The translations under genes were made by a program, and so were the position numbers. DNA of 64,000 nt, from positions 9,541-73,540 of the forward strand of contig JAGOSH010000002.1 of NCBI GenBank assembly GCA_018062425.1. The letters are read 5' to 3'. This document shows positions 37,668 to 47,702 of the stretch, in pieces. The notes under the pieces are model-generated. The model made no database searches, was not told where the DNA came from, and was given only the letters and a program-made list of their open reading frames with translations. Positions within the stretch are counted from its first letter, which is position 1. Each line of letters opens with the position of its first letter. This stretch comes from Minisyncoccota bacterium. Lineage in GTDB: Bacteria > Patescibacteriota > Minisyncoccia > Phycocordibacterales > UBA9973.

Positions 37668-38912
37668 TCATGCATTCATCCCCGCCACAAATCCGCTAGT
37701 CCAGCAGATTTGGAGTGAATATCCCCCAGAGGGTCTGTTTATATCAAGCAAGTCCCCAGTGATGAACAAGTTTGCAAAAAGTTTTGAGCGCATTGTCTTG
37801 GTGTCTATTTCCTTCAACACCACACCCCCGTCGGCAACCACAGCCTTGTCGTAACCCATCAGGTTGGTCACCTGTATCGGCAGGGCTTTGAGCGTGTCCA
37901 CAATTTTTCTCCTCTGCGCTTTGGTGATGCTATGCACTTTGGTTTCCATATCTAATTCGGAGAGGAGCATAGATATGCCGGGTGCAGTTCCGTCCGGAGC
38001 AATGTCTTTCAAAATGTTTTTCAAAATTTTATTTTTATTCTGATCAAAAATTTCTGTCAGTTTGTGGTCGAGCGCACCGATGTCGAGCTCCGGAAACGCG
38101 TCGATGGTTGCCGTGACAGTGCCACTTTGCAACCAGTCTCCAACCTTGCTGGCATTGTTTAGTATGAGTGGCCCCGAAAGTCCAAAATGGGTAAAAAGTA
38201 TCCTGCCAACAAGTGAGAGTTGCTTCTTGCCTTCGAGGTAAAAAGTAATTTTCATATTGGCTAGGGCCCTGCCGGATAATTTGTGTACCCATGTATCAGA
38301 GACTTCGATCGGCACAATAGACGGAGTTGGAGTTTTGACTATGTGGCCTAATCCACGCAACCAATCGAACCCATCCCCAGTGGAACCTGTTTCCGGGTGC
38401 GACACACCGCCCGTGGCTAGGATGTAGCTTTTTGCTTTATATGTTACACCACCAGCTACGACGCCTTCTACTTTGCCGTCTTTATGAATTATCTTTTTTA
38501 CTGGCGTACCAGACATAATGCTGACTTTGCCTTGCTTCATGTATTTCAAAAGTGCATTCAATACATCCACGGCTTTCTCTGTCTTTGGAAAAGCTCTATT
38601 CCTGGCTTGCACTACTAGGGGTAAACCTAAATTTTCAAAAAAAGTGAAAGTGTCTTTGACTCCAAACTGCGAAAAAGGTGAAGGTAGAAAAGCCCCCGCA
38701 GTGCCGTAGTTTTGCAAGAATGTCCGTGTGTCATATGTAGCATTAGTGACGTTGCATCTACCCCCGCCAGTAATTCGTAGCTTCTGGCCAAGGGTTTTGT
38801 TCTTCTCTATTAGGAGCACTCTTTTACCCATAGCTCCAGCCTTCCCAGCCGCCATCATCCCGGAAGCCCCGCCACCAACTACAATAACGTCGTATGTCTC
38901 TATTTTTTGCAT
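37668..38912 (-). CDS. HI0933/BaiN family NAD(P)/FAD-dependent oxidoreductase
   Basis: DVIVVGGGASGMMAAG, GGGRCNVTN and a C-terminal GGYSLQICWTSG. Confidence 0.8.
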   Translation of the reverse strand: MQKIETYDVIVVGGGASGMMAAGKAGAMGKRVLLIEKNKTLGQKLRITGGGRCNVTNATYDTRTFLQNYGTAGAFLPSPFSQFGVKDTFTFFENLGLPLVVQARNRAFPKTEKAVDVLNALLKYMKQGKVSIMSGTPVKKIIHKDGKVEGVVAGGVTYKAKSYILATGGVSHPETGSTGDGFDWLRGLGHIVKTPTPSIVPIEVSDTWVHKLSGRALANMKITFYLEGKKQLSLVGRILFTHFGLSGPLILNNASKVGDWLQSGTVTATIDAFPELDIGALDHKLTEIFDQNKNKILKNILKDIAPDGTAPGISMLLSELDMETKVHSITKAQRRKIVDTLKALPIQVTNLMGYDKAVVADGGVVLKEIDTKTMRSKLFANLFITGDLLDINRPSGGYSLQICWTSGFVAGMNA

Positions 38913-38924
38913 AGATACTTTCGA

Positions 38925-39599
38925 TTACTTTGAAGTCTCACTTGTTGTTGTATTAGATAGTGCTAACTTTTTGAATACTTTGTATGAATAGACGATGGAT
39001 ATAACAGTAGAAAGGACGACACAGGTGATGAGTGTAGCAAAGGCTAGAGTCCCTCCGATGAGTCCAGCGCCGAGGGTTAGGATGCCAGAGAGTTTAAAAA
39101 GTCCACCACCTAGTTTGTGGGTTTTGTCCCAGACGACGTCAGAGGCCATGGTCCACGGCGTGCGGATACCCATAAAAGAATTCCGTTTTGTGCTAAGCAA
39201 TAAATTTCCGATGAAATAAAACAGCATTCCCATAGCCGGAATCATTGCCTGAGTAAAGTCGAACTGCGCACCTAGGTTCCAAGCATTACTCAAAGCAGAA
39301 ATATAAAAAAAGAAAACGAAAAGCCCTACCCAAAATAAATTGAAAGTCTTCCGAAATTCAGCAATGTTTTGTGCTCGCGGATCTATGCGCGGAATGACTA
39401 CATATAGTGCATAAAACACAATCATAATGATTGATATCAAGGAAACTCCCCAAAATTTCGACATGTGGCCGTCGACTTCGCCCTGTGCATTCCAATGTGT
39501 GGCCACCTGATCTGGAAAATATGGATACAGGTATATGCCCAGCACTACTTGGGTGACGATGAAAGCAAGGAGGACTATATGGGTGATTTTATTATTCAT
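38925..39599 (-). CDS. SdpI/DUF1648 family membrane protein
   Basis: HWNAQGEVDGHMSKFWG (DUF1648) followed by SdpI-like TM helices. Confidence 0.65.
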   Translation of the reverse strand: MNNKITHIVLLAFIVTQVVLGIYLYPYFPDQVATHWNAQGEVDGHMSKFWGVSLISIIMIVFYALYVVIPRIDPRAQNIAEFRKTFNLFWVGLFVFFFYISALSNAWNLGAQFDFTQAMIPAMGMLFYFIGNLLLSTKRNSFMGIRTPWTMASDVVWDKTHKLGGGLFKLSGILTLGAGLIGGTLAFATLITCVVLSTVISIVYSYKVFKKLALSNTTTSETSK

Positions 39600-39601
39600 G
39601 T

Positions 39602-40678
39602 TTAATTTTCTTTAGCTAATATTTTCATAAGTGCCAGTTCGAGCGGTAACCCTGGAATAAATGCAAAGTTTAGGTTGTTGTAGGCTTCGAGCAATATGGA
39701 TAGGTTTGTTGAACGCAGTATTCCAGCTTTGTCTTTTTCTAAAAGATTTTTCAGTTTTTCGATATCGCGCTCCGACAAATCCCCTCGCATTTCATCTTCG
39801 AGTTTTGGTGCGTAGCGCAGGAACATAGCCATCCGGAATTTAACGACAACGAGTTTGATATAAAGCGCCATGTCCAAATTCTCTTCACCTACTTTTCTGA
39901 CCACTGCCAGACCTTTTTCCAAATCTCCTTCTACTATGGATTCCAGCAATTCATCGACGAGCAAAGTTTTCGGTGAGCCTGTAATGTTTTCGACTTCTTC
40001 ACGAGTTATTTTTCCTTGCCTACCGGCAGGCAGGTTATTAGAACTACCTCCGAGTTGGTTTAGCACTTTCTGCAAATATCCCAATCCATCACGAAAAGAC
40101 CCATCACCCAAGATAGCCAAGAGTTCCGCTACCCCATTGTCGAGTTCGAAACCTTCCTCCTTGGCCACATGCTCCAGAAGCTTTTTGAGTGCAGTATCAG
40201 ACGCTTTTTTGAAAGCAAACACCTGACACCGTGAAGTTATAGTGTCCGGTATTTTGTGTACTTCAGTAGTAGCCAAAATAAATATCACGTGTTTTGGTGG
40301 CTCCTCCAGAGTTTTAAGGAGTGCACCCCAGGCGTCTTTGGAAAGCATGTGCACCTCGTCGATGATGTAGATTTTATATTTGGAATCAAATGGCAGTACT
40401 CGCACCCCGTCGCGCAATTCACGAATGTCGTCGATGCCACGGTTCGACGCTGCGTCTATTTCATACAAATCATTCGGTGTTGTTTTAAGTGCCTCAGCAA
40501 AGATGCGAGCTACTGTGGTCTTGCCGGTACCGCGTGTTCCGACGAAAAGGTATGCGTGCGAAGCCTTGCCTTCTTTGGCTGATTTTTCAAGTACGTCGAC
40601 GATGTGGTCCTGCCCGAAAACTTCTTTGAAGTTCTTTGGTCGATATTTACGATAAAGCGCTAAATGCTCTGTGCTCAT
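39602..40678 (-). CDS. dnaX: DNA polymerase III subunit gamma/tau (short form)
   Basis: YRPKNFKEVFGQ, GTRGTGKTT, IIDEVHMLS and SRCQVF. Confidence 0.9.
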   Translation of the reverse strand: MSTEHLALYRKYRPKNFKEVFGQDHIVDVLEKSAKEGKASHAYLFVGTRGTGKTTVARIFAEALKTTPNDLYEIDAASNRGIDDIRELRDGVRVLPFDSKYKIYIIDEVHMLSKDAWGALLKTLEEPPKHVIFILATTEVHKIPDTITSRCQVFAFKKASDTALKKLLEHVAKEEGFELDNGVAELLAILGDGSFRDGLGYLQKVLNQLGGSSNNLPAGRQGKITREEVENITGSPKTLLVDELLESIVEGDLEKGLAVVRKVGEENLDMALYIKLVVVKFRMAMFLRYAPKLEDEMRGDLSERDIEKLKNLLEKDKAGILRSTNLSILLEAYNNLNFAFIPGLPLELALMKILAKEN

Positions 40679-40717
40679 GAGTCTATATTACCAAATTTCA
40701 ACCCGAAAACAAAAAGG

Positions 40718-40758
40718 CCACCGAAACGTGAAGTCCGATGACTTTTTTGTTTCGGTGG
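40718..40758 (-). terminator. intrinsic terminator upstream of dnaX
   Basis: 10-bp stem ccaccgaaac/gtttcggtgg with an inner GAAGTC/GACTTT helix, then CCTTTTTGTTTTC on the minus strand. Confidence 0.65.
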
Positions 40759-40790
40759 TCTGGGGTTATTGGGTTAACGGTTTAAGTTTT

Positions 40791-41561
40791 TTATTCAGGT
40801 GTTAAAAAACGTAAACAATCTTTAAGATTATGCTGATACAGCACTAAAGTAGCTAGTGGACCCAATTTATAGTTATTAGCAGCATCAATTGCCTGAGCTG
40901 CTTTTGTTATGTCTTGGATACTGTTTATTTTAGAACTTTTCGGCACTTTAACATTTTCAATATTATTTTTTACTAAAACTGTTTGCAAAAACTCTAATTG
41001 AAAAAGATAGGCCTGCTTTTCCCTTTCCAACGAGGGTAATTCAACTTTCGTTTTTTGGGTCATGAACCATTGAAAGACATGCATGGACTCGTGTAGCATA
41101 GTTGTAGCTAAATAATCCATAAATACTTCACTGTTGGCCATTTCGAGAAACTTCGGATTAAAAATAACGAGGAGAATTTCCCTTCCGGCGATATTGCCTT
41201 TCTGGGTTCCCATAACGGCAGGCTTTCCGCACCCTTTATCATAATCCGCCTGACTTTCAGGTAAAAGGAACAATATATAAAAATCTCCCTGCGGGACAAA
41301 ATTCCACCCATTAGCACTATAAGTAGCCGGTATTATCTGAGTCTGGGGAAATATTTGTTTAAGCCCGTATGGATCTTTTTTATTATCAAGACCAGAAAGT
41401 AGATTTTTCGCTCGGGTAAAAACTTGTTGAGACTTTTGGTGGTTAGAAGGTTCGCTTCTTGTTGTTTTTGGTTTTTCGTTTACCTTAGACTTTTCTTTGC
41501 AAGAAAAGTTCGCAAAGGAAACAAGCAAAAAGATGACTGAAAGAAGAAGGATCTTTTTCAT
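40791..41561 (-). CDS. putative secreted zinc metallopeptidase lipoprotein (HExxH), family unknown
   Basis: Signal plus lipobox-like ANFSC, and TMLHESMHVFQW contains HExxH. Confidence 0.5.
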   Translation of the reverse strand: MKKILLLSVIFLLVSFANFSCKEKSKVNEKPKTTRSEPSNHQKSQQVFTRAKNLLSGLDNKKDPYGLKQIFPQTQIIPATYSANGWNFVPQGDFYILFLLPESQADYDKGCGKPAVMGTQKGNIAGREILLVIFNPKFLEMANSEVFMDYLATTMLHESMHVFQWFMTQKTKVELPSLEREKQAYLFQLEFLQTVLVKNNIENVKVPKSSKINSIQDITKAAQAIDAANNYKLGPLATLVLYQHNLKDCLRFLTPE

Positions 41562-41592
41562 GTGGACAGTTATTTAGATGTGAAAATTTAAA

Positions 41593-41611
41593 AACCACTG
41601 CATTAGTGGTT
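41593..41611 (-). terminator. intrinsic terminator after dus
   Basis: aaccact pairs with agtggtt, then TTTTAAATTTT on the minus strand. Confidence 0.5.
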
Positions 41612-41654
41612 CGGTGAAAGGTACTTGAAACTGGCGTTATTAAAGCACAAATAT

Positions 41655-42632
41655 TCAATTTTGTAAATGGTTACCGTTCTTTAAAAAATTGGTTACTGTT
41701 TTTTCTACCTCGTCTGCATTTTTGGCATCCATCAATTCCATCCGCAATTCTTTGGCTCCGTCGAAGCCATTCACATACGCTTTGTAGTGCTTTTTCATAA
41801 TGGCAAAGTTTTTTACCCCACCTAACATGCTCTCGAAAAGTTTGGTGTGTTCTGCCATGACAGTTAATTTTTCCTGAAGCGAGGGCGCGTATTGAGATAG
41901 GTTTTTGAATAACCAAGGGTTACCAAAGATAGCCCGACCGAGCATTGCTCCATCGCAGCCTGTTTCTTCGCACTTCTTCTTCGCATCATCCAGATCTAGC
42001 ACATCACCATTACCAATTAGAATAATATTTGGATTTATTTTATCGCGCAAAGCTACGATTTCCGGCATGAGTTCCCAGTGGGCTGGCACGTCCGACATTT
42101 CCTTGCGAGTACGCAAATGCACTGTGAGCGCTGCTATGTCCTCGTTTAGGAGGACTGGCAACCAAGTTTCAATTTCAACCTTGTTGTATCCAATACGAGT
42201 CTTTATTGAGACAGGCAAATCCCCTGCACCTTCTTTGGCGGCACGAATTATTTCCTTAGCCAGTTCCGGGTTTTTCATAGTAGCAGCACCAGCACCTTGT
42301 TTCTCGATAGTTCGATCTGGGCAACCCATGTTTATATCTATTCCATCGAAACCAAGCTCCCGGCAGAGATTTGCGGCTTCGCGAATATTTTCTGGTTTAG
42401 AGCCAAAGATTTGCGCCACTATCGGATGCTCACCTTCCTCGAACTTCAAATCAATCAACAGTTTTTCTCGAGCCACCGGATGAGCCAACCCATCTGCTGC
42501 GACAAACTCGGTCCACAATACATCTGGCTTACCATACTTTGTAATCAGTTTACGAAAGGCACAGTCCGTCACATCCGCCATCGGCGCCAAGCAAAAGAAA
42601 GGCTTATCGAGTTTTAACCAGAAATTTTTCAC
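41655..42632 (-). CDS. dus: tRNA-dihydrouridine synthase
   Basis: LAPMADVTDCAFR and DGIDINMGCP. GTG start. Confidence 0.85.
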   Translation of the reverse strand: MKNFWLKLDKPFFCLAPMADVTDCAFRKLITKYGKPDVLWTEFVAADGLAHPVAREKLLIDLKFEEGEHPIVAQIFGSKPENIREAANLCRELGFDGIDINMGCPDRTIEKQGAGAATMKNPELAKEIIRAAKEGAGDLPVSIKTRIGYNKVEIETWLPVLLNEDIAALTVHLRTRKEMSDVPAHWELMPEIVALRDKINPNIILIGNGDVLDLDDAKKKCEETGCDGAMLGRAIFGNPWLFKNLSQYAPSLQEKLTVMAEHTKLFESMLGGVKNFAIMKKHYKAYVNGFDGAKELRMELMDAKNADEVEKTVTNFLKNGNHLQN

Positions 42633-42647
42633 CTAGGATTTATAGCA

Positions 42648-43487
42648 CTATTTAAACTTGTAGTACACCTTGTTATCGAAACGCAGGTCAATATACATGA
42701 GCAACTTGTAATTTTCTTTAATCTCAGTTTTTAGTGGCTCGGACTGTACTGCTGTTTGTAAATTTTCAATAACTCGAGTCAGATCGTTTTTCCGGTTCAA
42801 GACAATCTTTGGAACCATTGTTTCATCTGCTGAAATTAGAAAAATCTCTGTTTCGTTCTCTTTTGATAAATTAACCAGGGTGGCTTCTAGTCCAAAAGAC
42901 TTCATAGTTTCGGTAAAAGTCGTTAGTTTTTCAAAGTCAGCCCCGGCTACGATTTGCCCGACTGGCGTTTTGTCCAGGTTCACCCCACCTTTGAATTTCA
43001 AATACACCGGTCCAGAAAAATACGGCGCCTCATCAAAGATGTATCCATACTCATCTGTAAAATAACATTTTATATACTCATCACACCAGACATACTGGGC
43101 GCCACGCTCTTTTATTTTGATCGAAAGTGTCAGGTCTGCGTTGCTAGATATTTCTATATTCTCTATTCGTTTAAAACGTTCTCGTATTTTATCTTTGAGT
43201 TCGAGGTCTGGATAAATCATAATATTACTCTTGGGATAAAGCCAAAAGAAATGCCCACCCAAAACCTCCCAAGTAAAATCTTCCAATTCTTTTGTGTCGA
43301 TTAATTTATTACCCGTTATAGAAACCGTCTGAATGTTCACATCCTTTAATCTAGCAGCAAAACCGAGCAGTACGAATATAGCCAAAAAAAGCACCGCTAT
43401 TATAACGAGTTTTCTGCGCACGGTATTCCTCCGTTTTTTCCTCATTTCCCGTAAACGCGGAGAGTCTAAAACAGCTTTGCTACGCAT
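42648..43487 (-). CDS. FtsQ-like cell division protein (POTRA)
   Basis: Basic N-terminus, one TM helix, then VNIQTVSITGNKLIDTKELEDF (POTRA-like). Confidence 0.55.
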   Translation of the reverse strand: MRSKAVLDSPRLREMRKKRRNTVRRKLVIIAVLFLAIFVLLGFAARLKDVNIQTVSITGNKLIDTKELEDFTWEVLGGHFFWLYPKSNIMIYPDLELKDKIRERFKRIENIEISSNADLTLSIKIKERGAQYVWCDEYIKCYFTDEYGYIFDEAPYFSGPVYLKFKGGVNLDKTPVGQIVAGADFEKLTTFTETMKSFGLEATLVNLSKENETEIFLISADETMVPKIVLNRKNDLTRVIENLQTAVQSEPLKTEIKENYKLLMYIDLRFDNKVYYKFK

Positions 43488-43493
43488 GCAAAA

Positions 43494-44768
43494 TTAAGAA
43501 TTCTTTCGGATTACTTCCTTGCCTCCCATGTATGGTCTTAGAACTTCGGGAATTATTATACTGCCGTCTTCTTGTTGGTAGTTTTCAACTATCATGATAA
43601 GTGGTCTACCTGAAAGTGCTGTGTTATTGAGTGAATGCACAAACTTCATTTTTCCATCATCGTCTCGATAACGAATATTTAGCCTGCGGGTTTGAAAATC
43701 ATGGAAATAACTTGCTGAACCAGTCTCACGATATGTGTTTTCTGAAGGAAGCCAAGCTTCAATATCGTACTTTTTAACCTGACCGAGGCCAAGGTCGCCA
43801 GCACAGTTCACCACCACGTGGTAAGGCAGTCCTAAAGCTTGCATAATATCTTCTGTATTCTTTTGTATTTCTTCATGAAAGTTTACTGACTCAGTATGTG
43901 ATGCTTCACAAAGTACAACTTGTTCATATTTAAAGAATTCATGCACTCTAAGAATTCCTTTTGTATCTTTACCGTGACTTCCTGCTTCTCTGCGAAAAGC
44001 AGAAGAAAATCCAAGCATTTTTATCGGTAAATCCTTTTTTTCTAAAACTTCTCCCATATAATGCCCCATCATTGCGACTTCAGCGGTACCAGCTAGATAA
44101 TCACCGTCCTGTGTTTTGTATAAATCATCTTCGCCCTGAGGCAAATAACCTGTACCCAGAAAGACTTCCCGTTTCACGAGCGAGGGAACAATCATGGGAA
44201 CAAATCCACCTTTCTTTCGGAAGAATTCAACTACAAACTGCCATAAAGCGAATTCCAACATTGCACCATCCCCTTTCAAAAAATATCCTCGAAACCCAGC
44301 AACCTTTACACCCCGCTCGGTATCAAGCATTCCTAGATTTTCCATGAGTTCAACATGGTTCTTTGGTGTAAAATTGAATACTGGTTTTTCTCCCCAAACT
44401 TTCACTTCTTTATTTTCTGCATCAGTTTCGCCTTCCGGTACAGACATGTCGGGTACATTAGGTACTTGCACCATTAACTTCTGCCATTCTTCCATTATTG
44501 TCTTTAACTTTTCTTCTTTTACTTTTATATCCTCTTTAACTACTCGCATTTCTTCGATCAGTTGAACCTTGAGGACGTCGTCGTGGTTACGAGCGATGTC
44601 ATTAGAAACGCGGTTCACATCTGCGCGTATGTCTTCTACTTCTTTTAAGATTTTTAGCCTTTCGTCGTCTAGGGTGACAAGTCGGTCGATGTCTACATCC
44701 ACGTGCTTTTTCTTGGCACCGGCTTTTACCACGTCCTTATTGTCCCGAATAAATTTAATATCCAACAT
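43494..44768 (-). CDS. serS: seryl-tRNA synthetase
   Basis: MLDIKFIRDN, FRREAGSHGKDTKGILRVHEF and TALSGRPLI. Confidence 0.95.
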   Translation of the reverse strand: MLDIKFIRDNKDVVKAGAKKKHVDVDIDRLVTLDDERLKILKEVEDIRADVNRVSNDIARNHDDVLKVQLIEEMRVVKEDIKVKEEKLKTIMEEWQKLMVQVPNVPDMSVPEGETDAENKEVKVWGEKPVFNFTPKNHVELMENLGMLDTERGVKVAGFRGYFLKGDGAMLEFALWQFVVEFFRKKGGFVPMIVPSLVKREVFLGTGYLPQGEDDLYKTQDGDYLAGTAEVAMMGHYMGEVLEKKDLPIKMLGFSSAFRREAGSHGKDTKGILRVHEFFKYEQVVLCEASHTESVNFHEEIQKNTEDIMQALGLPYHVVVNCAGDLGLGQVKKYDIEAWLPSENTYRETGSASYFHDFQTRRLNIRYRDDDGKMKFVHSLNNTALSGRPLIMIVENYQQEDGSIIIPEVLRPYMGGKEVIRKNS

Positions 44769-44793
44769 GTAAAATAGTATATAATATTATTGT
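44769..44793. promoter_or_regulatory. 25-bp divergent spacer with back-to-back -10 boxes
   Basis: The plus strand has TATAAT (44780-85), 8 nt before the dprA ATG. The minus strand has TATACT (44776-81), 7 nt before the serS ATG. Confidence 0.45.
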
Positions 44794-45654
44794 ATGGAAA
44801 TAAAGAAGCTGCCAGTAGAATATTGGCCAGAGGGCCTTCATGAAATTCCGCAACCTCCAAAAGAACTTTATATACTAGGTGATTTTCCCGACGAAGACTT
44901 GACCTTCTTGTGCGTAGTAGGTTCCCGTAAATTCACAACTTATGGCAAAGATGTTTGTGAGAAATTGATCACAGGGCTCCGTGGTTACCCAGTAGCCATA
45001 GTTTCTGGACTGGCTATGGGCATAGATGCTATCGCTCATAAAAAGGCACTGGAAGTTGGGCTCAAAACTCTGGTCTTCCCTGGTTCAGGACTTTCAAAAG
45101 AAGCCATGTATCCAAAAACAAATGCTATCTTAGCAGAAGATATAGTAAAAAAAGGCGGGTGTTTGATTTCTGAATTCGAACCGAACTTCAAAGCCACCCT
45201 TTGGAGTTTTGGAAAGCGAAACAGGCTCATGGCTGGAATTTCTAAAGCAGTATTGATTATCGAAGCCGCCGAAAAGTCCGGAACACTCATTACCGCGAGA
45301 CTAGCAACAGAATATAACAAAGATGTATTGGCAGTACCAGGGTCAATATTTTCCCCGAATGCAAAAGGTACCAACATGCTTCTACGACTCGGCGCTACTC
45401 CCATAACCTGTGTGGAAGACCTGCTAGATGCTTTAGGATTTAAACAAGAAACAGACAGCGAAAAACAGCAGAAACTTTTTGCTGACTTGTCGCCAGAAGA
45501 AATGAAAGTGGTAGATATATTAAGTGAGCCCATGCCTCGCGACGAACTGATCCGCGAACTTGATATGAGCGTGGCCGACGCTAACACTCTGCTCACGGTA
45601 ATGGAGATAAAAAAGCTTATTAAAGAAGAGATAGGCGAAATCAGGCTCTACTAA
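44794..45654 (+). CDS. dprA: DNA processing protein DprA/Smf
   Basis: VVGSRKFTTYG, SGLAMGIDAIAHK and SGTLITARLA. Confidence 0.85.
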   Translation: MEIKKLPVEYWPEGLHEIPQPPKELYILGDFPDEDLTFLCVVGSRKFTTYGKDVCEKLITGLRGYPVAIVSGLAMGIDAIAHKKALEVGLKTLVFPGSGLSKEAMYPKTNAILAEDIVKKGGCLISEFEPNFKATLWSFGKRNRLMAGISKAVLIIEAAEKSGTLITARLATEYNKDVLAVPGSIFSPNAKGTNMLLRLGATPITCVEDLLDALGFKQETDSEKQQKLFADLSPEEMKVVDILSEPMPRDELIRELDMSVADANTLLTVMEIKKLIKEEIGEIRLY

Positions 45655-46331
45655 TCATCCTCGTCTTCGTCTTCGTCCCATTCGCTCCAATCTACTTCAT
45701 CATTTTCTACTTCAGTTTTTATTACTTCCCCACTTTTACTGATATGAACTTCGTATAGCTTGTCGTTGTCGATAACTTTGGCAACATAGAAATCACTTTT
45801 TGGTTCTACTTTAACTATCTCGCCATTGGGATATATTTTCTTTAATGCTTTTTCAATATCGGTTAAAGATTTTTGCGTATTAGACACAGGAATACCGGCG
45901 GTTGAGCTACCCACCACCGTGGTAGCGGATCCAACTTTCCCTACATAATATTTCTTGAGCAAATTCCACGCAAAATTGGAGTGAATCGTAGAGAATACTT
46001 TTGTAGCTTCGCTTCCACACCTACTGGTGATATTCCTAACTCCACCGGGGTGTTGGTTGATATATGTAGACACGTTATATACAGCATCATTTACGATCAA
46101 ATAACAGTCGCCCGCCGTATTATGATTTGCTATGTTTTCGAGGGTTAGGAGGTTTTTCGGATCTACTGCTACTATCGGTGATACTCCGTTTGTAGTACCA
46201 ACAGGGGTAATGTCGGTGGTTTGTGAAGAATTACTAATCGAAGAAATAAAATCAGTAGGCAAAACCGCAAGCGCCGTAAAAAAGGCGATAAAAATAAACA
46301 AAGAAATAAGTGTTATTTGTTTGAGCTTCAT
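45651..46331 (-). CDS. exported cytochrome b5-like heme-binding domain protein with PepSY-like domain and acidic tail
   Basis: N-terminal TM or signal sequence. CYLIVNDAVYNVSTYINQHPGG (cytochrome b5 HPGG motif). YVAKVIDNDKLYEVHISKSGEVIK (PepSY-like). C-terminus is DEDEDEDD. Confidence 0.6.
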   Translation of the reverse strand: MKLKQITLISLFIFIAFFTALAVLPTDFISSISNSSQTTDITPVGTTNGVSPIVAVDPKNLLTLENIANHNTAGDCYLIVNDAVYNVSTYINQHPGGVRNITSRCGSEATKVFSTIHSNFAWNLLKKYYVGKVGSATTVVGSSTAGIPVSNTQKSLTDIEKALKKIYPNGEIVKVEPKSDFYVAKVIDNDKLYEVHISKSGEVIKTEVENDEVDWSEWDEDEDEDD

Positions 46332-46346
46332 ATGACTATTATACTA

Positions 46347-47657
46347 CTAATCCCTTAAATTAAATTCTTCGGAGTGAATAAACTTGTTCTTTACCCCCGA
46401 GGCTAATAACTGCTTTCGCATCGATCGGATCATTACCGGCGGAGCGCATAGAAATACATCTTTATTATTAAATCCATTAGACTTTGTATTTACAATATCT
46501 GCATTTATGAATCCATCTGTATCCGAATAATGGGTAATTATTTTTATTTTACTATTTTCTTTTGTTTCGTATTTCTTTAAATCTTCTAAGTGCACGGCCT
46601 CTTTTTCATTCTTTAAACAATAATAAAAGTCTACAGAATATTCTGGCTCTTTGGACACAGAATCAATCATAGACAGGAATGGGGTTACCCCTATTCCTCC
46701 GGCTATCCAGATTTGATTTTTATTTTCGGAATCTTTGTAGGAAAACTTGCCGAACGGACCTTCTATTAAAGCTTCGGACCCAACAGACAAATTCGGTAAC
46801 TCGCTCGTATAATCCCCCAATACTTTCATAGTAAAAGATATCTCATCTAGACCCACTGGTGAAGACAATGAAAACGGATGACTTTCTTTGGAAACCTTAA
46901 CATCTTTGAAACTAACAAAGGCGAATTGGCCCGGGGTGAAGTTGAGCTTTTCTCCGGCGGGTTTGAGCAGTACTTCTGTTACATTACCCCCGAGGACTCG
47001 TACCGCAGACACTATATATTTGTATTTCTTCACAAAGTAATGCCCTAGCACCGAATGATATATAAAAGAGTATATTCCAAAAACAAAAACTACTAATATG
47101 TAAATGCGCAGTGGCATATATGTAGCCACATCGCTAGGAATCATAAACGCATGCACCGCCCCAAAGAAAAACGCCAGACCCATGAATTTGTGAGTCCATT
47201 TCCAGATGTGGTACTTGGGTCGTAGATACAGAGTTAGCACGATCAGTAACACCATCAAAGCTAGTGAGAAAATGCCCCAGTTGATGGACCAGTCCAAACT
47301 TGGCGTAAAAAAAGAAATAGCTCCACCAAAACTGAAACCACGATAATTACCCAAAAGTAGTAGTGGGTGGAAAAGCATCAGCATGAATGCTACCTGGCCT
47401 ATCTGACTATGCCTCTCGTATACCTTGTTCAAACCATAAAAGATATTTTCGAGAAAATGAAACCGAGCAGACAATATCAGCGATGTGGCAAAAAGCGTGA
47501 ATCCAAGAATACCGAAAGCCTGTCCCAACATAAACAGTACATCGAGGGTGCTATTGAAAGTAAAAACAGTTGTTGGCGAAAGCACCCAGAGTGCTACCCC
47601 TACGATAGATATAGCTATAACAAAAAATATTCCTAAGTTGTATTTGAAAGTTCTCAT
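46347..47657 (-). CDS. NOX/FRE family flavocytochrome (ferric-reductase TM domain + FAD + NAD(P)H domains)
   Basis: Two His pairs with 13 and 12 intervening residues (ERHSQ..LFHPL and WTHKF..AVHAF). HPFSLSS is the FAD motif, IAGGIGVTPF the NAD motif, followed by CAPP. The start is set at 47657, because TGCTACAAT lies 8 nt upstream. Confidence 0.8.
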   Translation of the reverse strand: MRTFKYNLGIFFVIAISIVGVALWVLSPTTVFTFNSTLDVLFMLGQAFGILGFTLFATSLILSARFHFLENIFYGLNKVYERHSQIGQVAFMLMLFHPLLLLGNYRGFSFGGAISFFTPSLDWSINWGIFSLALMVLLIVLTLYLRPKYHIWKWTHKFMGLAFFFGAVHAFMIPSDVATYMPLRIYILVVFVFGIYSFIYHSVLGHYFVKKYKYIVSAVRVLGGNVTEVLLKPAGEKLNFTPGQFAFVSFKDVKVSKESHPFSLSSPVGLDEISFTMKVLGDYTSELPNLSVGSEALIEGPFGKFSYKDSENKNQIWIAGGIGVTPFLSMIDSVSKEPEYSVDFYYCLKNEKEAVHLEDLKKYETKENSKIKIITHYSDTDGFINADIVNTKSNGFNNKDVFLCAPPVMIRSMRKQLLASGVKNKFIHSEEFNLRD

Positions 47658-47702
47658 GTTCAAGCATTGTAGCATATTTAAATATTGGCATAAAAACAAT
47701 TC

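Noticed and set aside
40700-40790. Possible SRP (4.5S) RNA upstream of dnaX, as seen in some Firmicutes.
   Set aside because: No conserved SRP domain IV motif is present. The region folds as a simple hairpin plus T-run and fits a terminator for the upstream gene.
45036-45596. Long antisense ORFs inside well-supported genes: 186 aa opposite dprA, 41905-42483 opposite dus, 33562-34725 opposite the antiporter, and 6964-7278 opposite scpA.
   Set aside because: The translations are Ser/Arg/Leu-rich and low-complexity, with no motifs. They sit fully inside genes that have clear family signatures, so they are typical shadow ORFs.
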